A DNA stretch of 64,000 nt from the human T2T-CHM13v2.0 reference genome, Homo sapiens. How positions within the stretch are numbered: position 1 is the first letter of the stretch; each line of letters opens with the position of its first letter. Below, in pieces: positions 25,583 to 41,340 of this stretch. The notes under the pieces were generated by a model. The model saw only the letters and a program-made list of their open reading frames with translations, searched no databases and was not told the origin of the DNA. The translations under genes and the position numbers were made by a program. The stretch lies in NCBI RefSeq assembly GCF_009914755.1, contig NC_060931.1, one strand, 5' to 3'.

Positions 25583-26059
25583 AGTGATCATTAATTTTAT
25601 GTGTCAATTTGGTAAGGGTATGATACCCAGTTTGGCCACATACCAGTCTAGATGTTGCTGTGAAGATGTTTTATAGATATGATTAACATGTAAATCAGTA
25701 GATTTTGAATAAAGCAGATAATCCTCCCTAACATAGGTGGGCCTTCATCTAATCAGGTGAAAGCCTTAAGAAAAGAGATCAAAGGCTCCAGACTGTAACC
25801 TGAAAATTCTGTCTGAGTTCCTAGCCTTTGGACTATGCACTGCAACATCAATTCTTAGAGGAATTTCTAGCCAGCTGTCTTGCCCTGCAGTTTTCGGACA
25901 TTTCAGCTCCACAATAGCATGATCCAATTCCTTAAAATAAACCTTGCCTTCTTTCTCTCTCTGTGTATCATTCTCAACCCCATCTATCTGTATATGTATA
26001 TACATACATAGATACACACACATTCTATTGGTTCTGCTTCTCTGGAGAATACTAATACA
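25583..26059 (+). mobile_element. MLT2 (MLT2D-like) ERVL solo LTR
   Basis: Starts 'gtgatcattaattttatgtgtcaa', internal 'taaagcagat...gtgggccttcatctaatcag', ends 'ttggttctgcttctctggagaatactaataca'. Confidence 0.85.
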
Positions 26060-27529
26060 GTGTTTGTTAGAAGAAATTACATATATATACATACCCCTCC
26101 CATAAATTGAACACAGACTCTCTCTTTTAATTTAAAAAAAAAAGCCTGATATTCTGGAACAGGATGTTCTCTCTGTATCAGAATCAGTTTCTGCTCCTAG
26201 ACAGCAGTCAAGTTCTGCCAGTAGATACCAGCCCCTCCTTCCTCTAGCTTATACAGGCATGAGAGTAATTAATCCTCATGCTTATTGGAGTTTAGTTTGG
26301 CTTTGGCACAGTATGCTTTCCCTAGCATACCATAATTGATTCTGAATAATTGATCAGCAACGAACATTCAATTTTCTTTATCTTCTCTTCCTCTCATTCT
26401 CCTATGATATATGTTTTCTTTGGGGAACCATTTTCCATTTTAAAAAAAAACCCCAAATGCAAGGCCTTTTAGTGATCAAATCAATTCATGCTGCTTTCTG
26501 CCAATTCGCATCAACTCCAATGCAACTCCTGTTGGAGAACTCTTAGGGAACCCTAATTAGTGTCCCATTGTATCCATTAGTTTTCAATAAGGAAGTAAAC
26601 TTCTTATGTAAAAACCTCGGAAACTATTTACATGTGACTGCTTTGCCATTTATCAACCACCACACTAGCTTGCTTTTTTCAAAAATCCTTTGATGAGGAC
26701 TGTTATTGAAACCACTAAACCCTACATGAGTCATGGAATCTGGCTAGACAAAGACACCTAAAATCAGAACCTGTGATACTCATCTAAGCTTTGTTAATTC
26801 ACCTAAGGATGATGTCCCTCACTTTTCTCTTATGTAAAAGTAAGATTATAATGATACCCCACTTAAATAATTATTATAATTCCTTAGGCACCAGAATAAA
26901 ACCTCTTAGCAAAACAGAAGTAAAAAGTTCTTTGAGGAAAGTAGTCTTCAAAAAGTCAAGGCATTTTATCACATCAAAGAGAAGTGGGTCACTTTCAGGC
27001 CAAAGGCATGCTTAGTGTAAGGTGCAAAATTAAGCTTACTTATTTAGTGAGGTTGGATATCTACTTTCTTCTAATAATCAAACATAGATGGATACTAGAT
27101 GAAAAGTAACAGAATGTGAGAAACTGTTGGATGCTGATATTTTGAGATGAATCATACATATGTCTCGGATATCCCCATTTAACCTTCTATTCAATTTAGA
27201 TGCAATGCCCTTTTATTTCTTTCAACCTCTGAAACAAGAAATGTTATCATGACCTTCTTTTTATTGAATATTATGCTGTTACATACACACCTTTCCAACT
27301 CTCCTGGGAGTCAAATGCTTAGAAGAACAAATCTACAAGTGGACTTTCTCTCATTGTCCATTCTACCCAACAGCAAATTAGATGCACACTCAACTGCCTA
27401 CCCTGCTATACACTGTTCCTTAAAACAAATTATAACTCAGCATCCCATTTAATCCAGTTGCATGAAATTAACATTTACCGAGTAGCCACTCTGTGCCAGA
27501 ATCTAAGCCTAATTATGGAAATAGAGCTG

Positions 27530-28070
27530 CAGCCTCGTTTTGAAACAAAACTTCCCAAGGCCATGGTCTCTAGTCACTTTCTGCATCACCTCATCTTGCT
27601 TCTCACTCAATCCCTCCCTTCAGTCCCCTCCTCTATACCAGAAGTGTTCTTTTCTGCTCTGCTTGTCTTACTGGGCCTTCACCACTGCGTCTTCTTGAAT
27701 TGCTCCTCCTGCTCATGTCTGGGAACCTACACTCTCTGCTTTTCCTTGTCTTTCGTTGGCTGCTCTTCTTCTACTTCCTTAGTCACTCCCACTTCTCACC
27801 TCAGCCATTAAACACTAATGAAACCCAAGCTTCAGACCAGTGCTGTGTCCCCATCCTCTCCCTGGTTAATCTCTGGGTAATCTCATATAGTGCTACTGCT
27901 GAAAGCATCACATAGAACTTGATCATTTCCAGATTTATATCTAAAATTTCAAACTCCAATAGGATACTAGATTCCACCATTTAGAGCTCATATTTAATAT
28001 ATCTAAATTGAAATTCTTGATTTCCACATTTCAAATCTATTCTGCCTCAAGTTTCTCAAGACTAGAAATT
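27530..28070 (+). mobile_element. L2 fragment
   Basis: Pyrimidine-rich L2-like segment ('ctctgggtaatctcat', 'ccagatttatatct', 'tctaaattgaaattcttgatt'). Confidence 0.5.
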
Positions 28071-28184
28071 GTGTACAGTGTTGCATATGTGGATAACTGA
28101 GACATAATCTAGTCAACAGAAGAATGGGTAATATTCTTCTACATAAACTTGTCAGTATCATTCTCATGATTTTTAAAAAAAATA

Positions 28185-28420
28185 AATTACAGTAAAGAGT
28201 ATCAGCTGGGGAATCACAAGAACCTGCTTTTTAAATACAGAATCTACCATGTTATTAGCTTTTTAATAAGTTACTTAATCTTATGACTTCTGAAATAATT
28301 CATGACAAGCTACTTAATCTCTATAAATGTCAGTTTCCTCAACTGTTAAATTTGGATAATAATAGCCATTATGAAATCAGCTTGTAGTAAGAATTAAATG
28401 AGATAGGCTTCTTAAAGGAT
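28185..28420 (+). mobile_element. MIR
   Basis: 'tacttaatctct...tcagtttcctcaactgttaaatttggataataatag...gaattaaatgagata'. Confidence 0.65.
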
Positions 28421-28434
28421 ATAATCAGATTTTA

Positions 28435-28840
28435 TGCATTCATTTTTTCTTTTACTCATTTAAGAAATCTGTATAATGAATCTAACATGTTTCATTCTAG
28501 GTGTTGAGGATGCAGAAACAATCAAGACAGACAAGGTTCTAGCCACCCTTGAGCTATAACCAAGTTGGAGAAAAAAGTCAGCATGCAAGTAAACAATAAT
28601 CATTCAAGCTATATAGGTTGTGCCTCATGAAACAAAAGGACTTTGTATGTGAGAGAGTAATGGAAACCAGGCACAGCTTTTAAGAGATGATGTCTAGAAT
28701 GGGACCTAAAGAAGAAGGAGCTCTCCATGCAAAAATATAAGAAAAGCCCATTCTAAGCGAGAGACATCAGGAAGGACAAAGGAACCGAGGCAGGAAAGAG
28801 TTTGGTGTCTTTTAGGAATAGATGAGAATCCAATCTTGGG
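28435..28840 (-). mobile_element. L2 3' fragment
   Basis: 'cattcatt...ctaggtgttgaggatgcag...aagacagacaagg...ccttgagct' is the reverse of the L2 3' end. Confidence 0.6.
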
Positions 28841-28849
28841 CTAATGAAG

Positions 28850-29235
28850 CAACACAAGATTCGCAACAGCAGGGAGTTGCTACTATCTTTAGCTTGAAGG
28901 AGAAAAAGGAGGAGGTTGTATTACCAGAGCCCAGGGGTGGAGTGACCCAGCATAACATAGAATCTTAGTTGGTATATTCAAGAGAAGTTGGATCCAAAGA
29001 AGAGATACAGCCATTATTAGAGATGCTGCCCCAGAGGGAGAAGGAGAGATACCTTGAAAATTTCCCTTAATCCCTCCATTCGTTATATCACCAATGACTT
29101 CCAGTGACTGAACCAAATCAGATGCCAGATGACACAATAGCCTAGCAAATGCAGTCTAAGAATTCAATCTCCAACACACCCAGTAGAAAGAGCAAAGGGT
29201 AAGAAATTGACCTGAGAGCAAGTTGGCTCAGAACA
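28850..29235 (-). mobile_element. Old ERVL LTR (LTR33-like)
   Basis: 'ctgaaccaaatcagatgccaga...aatgcagtc' resembles the LTR33-family reverse strand. Confidence 0.45.
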
Positions 29236-30209
29236 GTAGACCCTTAAATTCATTAAGGGTCAACTACTTTAATACTTTGGGAAAATAATCCCACTATGCA
29301 GGGAAAGAGGATGAATTTTAAAATGTCATATTTTAGGTATATAAAGAAAAATCCTGCCTGACCCTGATTTAAAGAAATGAAGATATCAGAAAAAAGTGTT
29401 GGCTCTACATGTCCAGGTACTACTGATCACGACAGCACTTACAGGCTCTAAATGGTTAACTTCCTGAAAAGTGGCTGTTATATGGAAAACCATAAAACAA
29501 TCATTGGTGATCCTTGTTTCTATTTAAAAAAACATGCTCTTAGGTTCAAGTAGACTGACCCACTTTAGGACTATCTATCCCTAGGGATCTTGTAAAATGC
29601 AGAGAATGAGAAAAACCTTTAGAAGATGCTAAACTCTCTGCTTTTAAGCTAACTAGCATGTTGAACAATTTATTTGTACAATATGAGATATGACCATATT
29701 GCATCTCATCTTATGGAATTACTCAAGTTATATACAATTTTCTCAAGTGCTATTGCTAGTCTGGATGTAGGAGTGAAGAGAATAAATTGAGGGCTTGATC
29801 TATGTTTGGGGTTTTCAGAGAAGACATAGAAATGAAAGAAGAACAGATTGGTTGAGAATATAATCAAGTGATTATGGGTTCTGTATTGAGCAGATAATTT
29901 AGTCCAAGAAGATGCTTATAGTTATGAAAGAAAATTCAGGATCAAGTACATGAGGTCTATAGAAGGTCAAACAGTAGTTAAGAAGGAGTGAAGAAGTGTG
30001 AGAGCTAAAGGATGTAAAGTAGAAGTCAGAAAGTGAAGGCAATGAGGCATTCTAGTGCATGAATGTGACAGGGAGCAGCTGAAGAGAATGGAAGTGATAG
30101 TTCTAGTTCAACGGTTCCAGGAACTGCCATGTTAGGGAGTTAGAAAGTTGCCCACATGGATTTGAAATTTGTCCTTAATTTATTCATCAAATGTAGTTAG
30201 TGCTATTAT

Positions 30210-30640
30210 GTCTATTGTTCAACGTTGCTGAGTAACAAACAACCTCAAAAATCCTATCGGCCTCCAATAACGTTGTGTCTCGTGCTTATCAGACTGTGGT
30301 TTGACTATTTTCAGTTGATCTAGGCTGGACCATGTTGCTCCACGGTGTGAGTCTGGAGAACTTTGCTCCAGGATTTCAGTCTTTTCTATGTGTGTTTATT
30401 TTAGAGGGCAGGCTGATGGAGAAGAAGCTACCTGGGTATGCTCTTCTTACTGAGAGTGACAGTACAGGAGGCAAAAGCCTAACCACACAAGCAAATTAAA
30501 ACCTCAACTCACTTCATAGCTGCTAAAATTTCGTTGGCCAAAACAATTCATGTTTTATTAAAATAAACTGAAAACTGAAATTAATAAGAGGTTTTTCTTT
30601 TCTAATGAGTTGTATTATAAAATCATATGGCAAAATCTTT
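30210..30640 (-). mobile_element. MLT1H/I-type LTR inside L2 remnants
   Basis: 'ttgctgagtaacaaacaacctcaaaa', 'gatctaggctgg', 'ttggccaaaacaattcatg'. Confidence 0.6.
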
Positions 30641-31653
30641 GGTTAAGACAGAGTAAATATCTCAAATGAAGATGCAATAAGAATGAAGACAAATGCTGTA
30701 AATCATGTGCTTCAGTGGACTTTGAGACTCTTGGCAAGTGAATGGAAGTCAACAGAGATCAGCAACAAGAGAGATAGAATAGACAGAACTAGGGACTAAT
30801 GTTCAAAAAAAACCATGATCCTCTCCATGCCCCTACACAGAAGTCCTTAGAAGAATAACAGTCTGGATAGGGCATAAGGCAGTGAAAAACAGAAACTACC
30901 CTCCCCCAATCCTCACAAACCATAAATAGCAGGTTGTGGGGGCATACTGATAATTACTAGTCATTAGAAGCTAACTGTGGAACACACACTGTAAGAAGAC
31001 AAAACATATTTTATCAAACACAGTTATGAAGAAAAAACATGGTGGCTCCTGACAAAGTAGGCACATCCCTCTTTCACGGTTTAATGATCAATTACTCAGT
31101 TGAAGTTTTGGTCTCTGAGGATATCAGAGTAAGTGTGATTGATTGGGATTTTATAGAACTTGTCATTAATAAACCCTAGGTGTTGGAGGCAGGAAAAACG
31201 CCCATAGCCTGGTTAATTATCATGGAAGTACTTCAGATTTTTGTCTTGGAGGGAGTAAGAACAGAATAAGGACATTTCTGAAATCAATAAGCAATTGTTT
31301 ATGTGACTGGTATGGTTCTAGCAATATGGGGAATACAGAAGGCTTGTAAGACAAAGCAATCATTTTCACAGGGTAAAATTAACCACAATATTAATGCTAC
31401 CTGATTGTAGGCTGAACTGGAAAAGTCTGAATAATTTATATATTGAGGTGCAGGCAAAATGCCATTGGAGGATACATTTAACAACCTTCCAAATACATAG
31501 AACAATTGCCATTTCTAAGTTATGTTATAATCCTATTCTTCTAGCTCACTGATTCTTCTAAATTTCAAATATAGTATTTTAAATTTCATATTTTTGGTTC
31601 TTTACTTGATAATGAATCCAAGCTTTAAAAACAAGCTAAAAAATGAGTAAATA

Positions 31654-32696
31654 CAGTTGGCCCTTGAACAACATGAGGTTGAACTGCATGGGTCTACTTG
31701 TACGTGGATTTTTTTTCAACAAATATATTGTAAAACTTATTGAAGATTTGGGACAATTTGAAAAAACTCACAGATGAGCCCTATAACCTAGAAATATGGA
31801 AAAACATGAAGAAAAAGTTAGATATGTCATGAGCGCATAAAAGATATGTAGATGCTAGTTTAGTTTATCATTTACTACCATAAAGTATACATACATTTAT
31901 TATTAAAAGTGAAAATGTATTGAAACATACACACATGAACAGCTGCAAACAATACATGGCACCATTTGCAGCTGAGAGAAATGTAAACAAACATAAAGAT
32001 CCAGTAGCAAATCGGACTTGCATAAAATTAACTGTAGTACATAAGGTACTACTGAAATAATTTTGTCACTATCTCTTATTGCCATTGTGGTGGGCTCAAG
32101 TGTTGTGAGTATCTGCTTAAAACTCCACGTGATGCTAATCATCCCGAGGGAGCAGTTCCTTTCTCTAGTAAATTCCGTAGCACAGTAAAAAGCCATCATT
32201 CTCAGTCCTTGTGTACTTTTCATCGTGTTTAGGGCAATACCATAAACCTTGAATAATATCATGAGACCCACATGAAATGCTACTAAGGATGCTTGATGTG
32301 TTCCTGAGAAGCAGAAAAATGTCATGACATTAAAGAAAAAGTTGAATTGTTTGATATGTACTGTAGATTAAAGTCTGCAGTTGTGTTTGTCCCCATTTCA
32401 GACAAAAACGATTCATCTTATAAACAGACAAGTACTGTAAATGTATTTTCTCCTCCTTATGATTTTCTTAATAACACTATCTTTTCTCTAGCTTACCTTG
32501 TTGTAAGAAAACAGTGTAGTAGTACACACAACATACAAAATATGTGTAAATCAACTGTTTATGTTATCAGTAAGGCTTCTACTTAACAACAGGCTATTAA
32601 CAGTTAAATTTGGGAGGGATTCAAAAGTTAAAGATAGATTTTTGACTGTGTAGGAAGTTGGTATCCCTAACTCTTGCAATGTTGAAGGGTCAACTA
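31654..32696 (+). mobile_element. Tigger2b (TcMar-Tigger) non-autonomous element, full length
   Basis: TIRs cagttggcccttgaaca / tgttgaagggtcaacta with TA target dinucleotides on both sides (31652-31653, 32697-32698); about 1.04 kb. Confidence 0.88.
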
Positions 32697-32798
32697 TAAG
32701 CCAAAACACTCTGATACCACAACTAACAAAATCTGTATTCACACTCAAATGTCTCAGGTATTCTTCCATCAATTTTTCTGACCTTTTAATTACACTAA

Positions 32799-32856
32799 AT
32801 ATATATATATATATACACATATATATACATATACATGCACACATGTATATATATAC
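32799..32856. repeat. (TA)n/(CA)n compound microsatellite
   Basis: Read directly from the sequence. Confidence 0.85.
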
Positions 32857-33149
32857 TCTTTTTATAATCTTCCTTCAGATAAGCTTAACACATTTTAAAA
32901 TTTTAATATAGTTGTATATTTTTATAAAGTCTGGTTCTGTGTAACTTTCTATTCATTTTTCTCCAAATTCATCTCATGTGTATATTCATTCTATTTCTAA
33001 ACCTTTTGCTATTCCTATCTCTAAGACATTTTTATTCAGCAAGACACATCTAAAATAGATTTTATCTGCATTCACTTATATAACCAAACGTATTTATATT
33101 TCCAAGCACATTTCTTTCAAGAATTATTTAACATTTATCCATTGTTAAT

Positions 33150-34600
33150 ATGTTTTCAAATGTCAAATCTTGTATATGACAAAAGGTATGACTGAATAAA
33201 TCTGGCTACATAAAAACGTTAAAATGACTGTAACACTAAAAGTACACATATATGTGCACATACGTATCCCACAAATAAAATTAAAAGAAATTTGACAAAA
33301 TGAGTAAATAGTTACCACATCTGAGCTACATAAATATCTTTAAGATAAAAAGAGCTCTGAGGAATCAATGATATTTTAAAAATTGTATCAAATCAAAATG
33401 ATAAAAGACTAGATAACCCACAGAAAAATGAAAATGTGTTGAATTTCTATTGAAATATAAATATATACAATTTTATTAAAGTGAATGCCTCTACAGATGG
33501 TCCCAACCTATGCTCGTTTGACTTAAAATGATTGTTTTGACTTTACAATGGTGTGAAGGTGATACACATTCAATAGAAACCTTACTTGAAGTCTTGAATT
33601 TTGCTCTTCTCCCGGGTTAGTGATATGCAATACCCCTGAGATGCTGCGCAGTGGCAGGTTTCTGCAGCTCCCAGTCAGCCACACCATCGGGAGGGTAAAC
33701 AACCAGTACTGTAGTCTACAGTGTACGGTATTCAATATATTGCATGAGATATTCAACACCGTTATAAAATAAGCTTTGTGTTCGATGATTTTCCCAACTG
33801 TTAATGTAAATGTTCTGAGTGCGTCTAAGTTAGGCTAGACTAACCTATAATGTTTGGTCAGTTCGATGTATTAAGTGCATTGTTTATTTATTTGACATTT
33901 TGTTGTAGTTTTCAAGTTACAATGGATTTGTCAGGACGTAAACCCATTGTAAGTCAAGGAGCATTTGTATCTTCTAATGGCCAAAATATTTTTCTTTAAT
34001 AAGTTGGTAATGGCCCAGATACGGGAGTAAAGAACTATAAATTATTATAAAATCTCTGGAGAATGTCTGACAACAAACATCAAAATATTTAAAGTGTATT
34101 ATTTAACAAGTCTTATGGTAATCAGAGTTCTGGGTTCAAATTGTTGGTCTACCACTTGGTTGCTATGTAATCTCAGTAATTTATTTTACTCCATGAGTTT
34201 TAGCTTAAATTTCTGCATAATAGGATCATAACAACCATCTGTATACAAAGATGTTAACCAAAGTATCATCTCTAACAGTAAAATATAGGGGCATTGGTTT
34301 AATACATTATGTCATATTAATATAGTAGAATAATATGTGACCATTTAAACCATGTTATAGAAAAATTAATGAGATTGTTTAGTAAAATGCTTAAGTGATA
34401 TTGATATACCAGAAAATCAAGTTGTATAAGTAATAAGTGTTTTATTATCACAATTTTGTTTACGTGTGTGGTTATGCCCTTATAAAGGGCAGGTATTTCT
34501 GTGTATGGGTCATGCATGAGCATGATATGATGTATATGCATGTGTGATTGTGTATGTGTATGCATAGGCACAGAGAAAGACCAGAAGTCTATAAACATTC
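33150..34600 (+). mobile_element. Degraded L1ME-type fragment hosting MER47 and a MIR
   Basis: A-rich L1M-like stretches ('tgtatacaaagatgtt', 'atagtagaataatatgtgaccatttaaa'). Boundaries are approximate. Confidence 0.4.
33494..33967 (-). mobile_element. MER47/Tigger5-type TcMar MITE
   Basis: TIRs cagatggtcccaacctatg / cattgtaagtcaaggagcatttg flanked by TA on both sides. Confidence 0.85.
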
Positions 34601-34604
34601 ACCT

Positions 34605-36350
<1,746 letters not shown>

Positions 36351-36844
36351 GGAGAGATTTGAGCACATTAAGAGTAGAGATTTGCTCTTGGAAGTTAAAG
36401 GCTAAATCCACACTAAGTCCTTTTATTCAATATTTATACGGTTTTAACAAATTGTTGTACATTTTTTAAGTTTACAAGTTGTGATATTATACAGATAATT
36501 CAAGAAAAGAAATATTAAATAGATTACAGCAAAAGATGTAAAGTTTCAAAATATATCAATAAAAATATAAAGTAGATGAATTAGAGGGATCTATATACCC
36601 TTTACAAATGTCTGGAGCTTAGAAGGTGAACAATCAGTGTGAGAGACTGGGATAGAACAAGTCCGAGATAAGTGAGTATAAAGAATCTAGAGGGGGTCAG
36701 GAAAATTTACCCTCCAAAAGTAAAACAGAGCAGGCTCTGGGAAGATTTTAAAACTTGCTCGAGCAACTAAAAATGAGAGTTGAAAAGACTCCTGTGATAG
36801 TAAGAAGGTTATTTCAATATTATATGACATACAAATTGTTTTGG

Positions 36845-37045
36845 AGATGGCATAGTGTGGTACAGCTGCAAAACAGCCCTTCCCTAGAAGCCAGGCACCG
36901 GGTTTGGTTTTGTCTGTGTCAATAATAAAAGGCAGTAGCTTGGAGAAGTCATTTAATTAATCAGAGCTTTAGTTTCTTAACCTGTGTATTTAAAGAGTTT
37001 CCCTACATTTTCTGTAAGTTTCTTACAACATTAAAATTCTTTGTC
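36845..37045 (+). mobile_element. MIR3-like fragment
   Basis: 'gcatagtgtggtacag...ctagaagccaggcaccgggttt...ttggagaagtcatttaa...tttagtttcttaacctgt'. Confidence 0.55.
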
Positions 37046-37699
37046 TCTGTAACTAACAGAATAGGTATGCTGTAAGAAAAAAATATATACATTGAGGTAA
37101 ACTTAAGTGTCTCTAGAGCATAACATTATCAAACTTTTTTTGTAGGTCCTGTGTAAGTGAGAATAAAAGCTCCACACAGTCCTTGACTTCATTCTAAATA
37201 GGTTGACACGGGTGTGAAATGACATTCTCCAGTCTTAGGGATGTGTGAAGGGCACTTAACATTTCTGACAAGCTGAGTCATTTGACATTATTCCCTGTGT
37301 AACTTATCCATTAAAATTTTATCTGTTGTGAACATAATTTTTAACAACTACATAAAATTTAAATACTCTGAAGAAAGCACCTAGTCATTTCAAGACTTTC
37401 TGATGTGATCTATGTTGAAACAAACAAACAAAAAATAAAAAAAAACCCTCCTATAGAGTCTCACCAGAGTACAGGTTTAAAAGTTAAAATATGTATTTCT
37501 AAAAGTAAATACATTATATAAGCATATGAAATAATGAATATATAATACATATTATATAAAGTGATTACATATAAATATATTTCTATTCCTTTTTGGAATT
37601 TGACTATTTTCTGGTGAATATTAAGATTAGCTTAGTTTTATGTATCAAATTAATGATTAACATTGAGTCAAATGACATTCATATATATACATATTTTTA

Positions 37700-38662
<963 letters not shown>

Positions 38663-38900
38663 TTATATAGGGTTTAGCTTTTGATGTCAATATATTTAAG
38701 AAAAATTTCTATGTTTTTTTCAGTTATGTTTCATAGAATCAGGATAACTTCTGAAATTTTGGAAGGTAAGAGGATGTCCCTCCCACTCTTACTCATTGCT
38801 AAGAACTTTGTAAAATGTATGCTGTTTAAAAACATATATACCCTTCAAATTGATTTATATTATGGGTTATGACCAAAATCTTACCTTTGGCCTCAAGTCC

Positions 38901-39230
38901 TGGTACGGTTTGGCTGCATCCCCACCCAAATCTCATCTTGAATTGTAGCTCCCATAATTCCCACGTGGTGTGGGAGGGACCCAGTGGGAGGTAATTGAAT
39001 CATGGGGGTGGTTTCCCCCATACTGTTCTCATGGTAGTAAATAAGTCTCACGAGATCTGATTGTTTTTTAAGGGGAAACACCTTTCACTTGGCTCTCATT
39101 CTTTCTTGTGTGCTGCCACGTAAGGCCTTCCCAGCCCCGTGGAACTGTGAGTCCATTAAACCTCTTTTTCTTTATAAATTACCAAGTCTCGGGTATGTCT
39201 TTATCAGCAGTGTGAAAACGGACTAATACA
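38901..39230 (+). mobile_element. THE1 (THE1C-like) solo LTR
   Basis: TG...CA termini, perfect 5-bp TSD AGTCC (38896-38900, 39231-39235), THE1 consensus throughout with a short internal deletion. Confidence 0.95.
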
Positions 39231-40559
39231 AGTCCCTTTTTACTGGGTTTAAATTAGTTAGTTTCTACATGCACAGGTAATTTTACTCAACGCTCCCTTT
39301 GTCTGGCAATCCATTCGAAAACTTTTTCGAATTGTAACCATTGCCTTCAATGAACAAGATTGTCGTCTGCTCCCCAGGCATCACTGACCGGGCAATTTCT
39401 TCCTTAGTGTAAGCAATCCAACAATGAAATATTCTCACAGTTACTGTACATGTTCTTGATTATAAAGATACACATATTTAATGGAAAGAACTAGGACCAT
39501 AGGAACAGATTTGGTATTTTATTGTTTCTAATAAATTAACTTGTGACCTTCAGAACGACACTTAAGTTCTCTGCACCCTGCTGGTTTCCATAATGATTAG
39601 GTGTTTTCCAAGATTACATTTCCTCTAAAGTTTTAGGCTTCTACATTTTTAAATATATTATAATTATGATTAATTTCACAATTTCAAAGATTTAGTGTAA
39701 ACTTGTTCTGAGATTGTTATATGCAGATGCTGTATTAGAACAAAATAAAAACTGTGAAATAACTAGCAACTTTAATGTTCACATATAAGACTTCAAGAAA
39801 TATAACAAAAAGTGGAGTTATCCTGGCTCAGTGAACTAAGCTATAAAATTTTTGAATGGTAAGAGCTGTTAGAATTATGAGGTATCCACTAATTCAGAAT
39901 ATTAAATTTGAGATATACTTTATGAATAATTTTCTTTTTTATCTCAACTGGGAAAAATTATTCTTGAACCTCAACAGAGAAGTTTGATAAATGACATTTA
40001 AAATGATTAAAAATCATTCACCCAATTTAAGAAACTCCCTAAATAATAATCTGCAGCTCAATTTTGGTTAAGTTTTTGCATGGACATGTGAAAATTGGAA
40101 AGTAAAATAAATTGCTTCTGGTGATTTTTTACTTTTTTTTTTAACTTGTACAGTATACATTTATTTAACTATGACTGCTAGTAAATAATTAAATATAAAC
40201 CTCTGTAAAGCTTTCTGCTGTAATATTTTGGATGAGAAGGATAGTTTAAACAGCAAGGTCTTCAGGATATTTGAGGGTTTATACCTTGCAGTAAAAAAGG
40301 AGAGAAAATAAAACAAAAAACTTTTACCTAGTTTGGATGGAAACCTTCTAGAATTCATTATACACTAATTTGCTTCTTTCAAAAAATGTCAGAGTTATAA
40401 ACATAAGTAAACTTGAGTTTGCTGATGCCTGGTCATCATTTGCTTATTAATAAATGCAGCTTTCTGTATCTCACTGGTGTTTGTAGGACTCTGTACATCT
40501 CTATATTGCTGCATTACACAGCCTCTGATTATAATGCTTCTAGAGTTAGAGTTTTTAAA

Positions 40560-40852
40560 AATATATATTTTATATATAAATTTATATTTTTATATTTTAT
40601 ATTTTATAAATATAAATATAAAAAATTTTATATTTATAAATGTATATATTATATATATGTACATATATTTTATATATGTGTGTATATATTATATATGTAT
40701 ATATATTTTATATATGTGTGTATATATACATATATGTATGTATATATGTATGTATATATGTATATATATACACACACATATATTCACATATATATGTGTG
40801 TGTGTATATATATATATATATACACACACACACATATATTCATGTGAGTATA
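40560..40852. repeat. Long (TA)n/(TATG)n/(CA)n low-complexity array
   Basis: Read directly; it is the source of three spurious I/Y-rich ORFs. Confidence 0.92.
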
Positions 40853-41084
40853 CATATTTCCTTTATGGCAGAGTGTAAAATAGCAATTCCTTCTAATTAT
40901 AATAATACAGCATACAATACAAAGTGAACCATAGTGTCTCCTACAAAGTAACTATCCTACAAATGTTAGCTGTCATTAGTACTATTAAATAGCTATTGAA
41001 ACCCTGATGGTTTGTATCAGTCCATTTATTTCTTTTTAACAGGCTATCATTCTGATGCAAACATAAATAACAAACAATCTTGGA

Positions 41085-41340
41085 CTATGTTGAAAAATGG
41101 GTTAGGCTTGCAGTCAAAACATCTAGGTTTAATCCTGGATATGTTGCTTCATAGCTAGGTTAATTTCATTAGCATTGTTACCCTTAAGCTTGTTGTCTTA
41201 GATTTTAAAAGCAGGACAATAATGGTTATCTTGCAGATTCGTTATGAGTAGCAGTTTAAAAATAGATGTGACAAAAAGGTGAGAAATTCATTATCACAAA
41301 ACTGTCACACAGAAGGCATTCAGTAAGGGTTAACTGAATC
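41085..41340 (+). mobile_element. MIR
   Basis: 'taggcttgcagtcaaaacatctaggtttaatcctgg...' through 'cacacagaaggcattcagtaa'. Confidence 0.55.

Noticed and set aside
31903-32325. 140-aa ORF
   Set aside because: Antisense reading inside the non-autonomous Tigger2b; not a transposase.
40413-40927. Three overlapping 95-144 aa ORFs
   Set aside because: Artefacts of the (TA)n/(TATG)n array.
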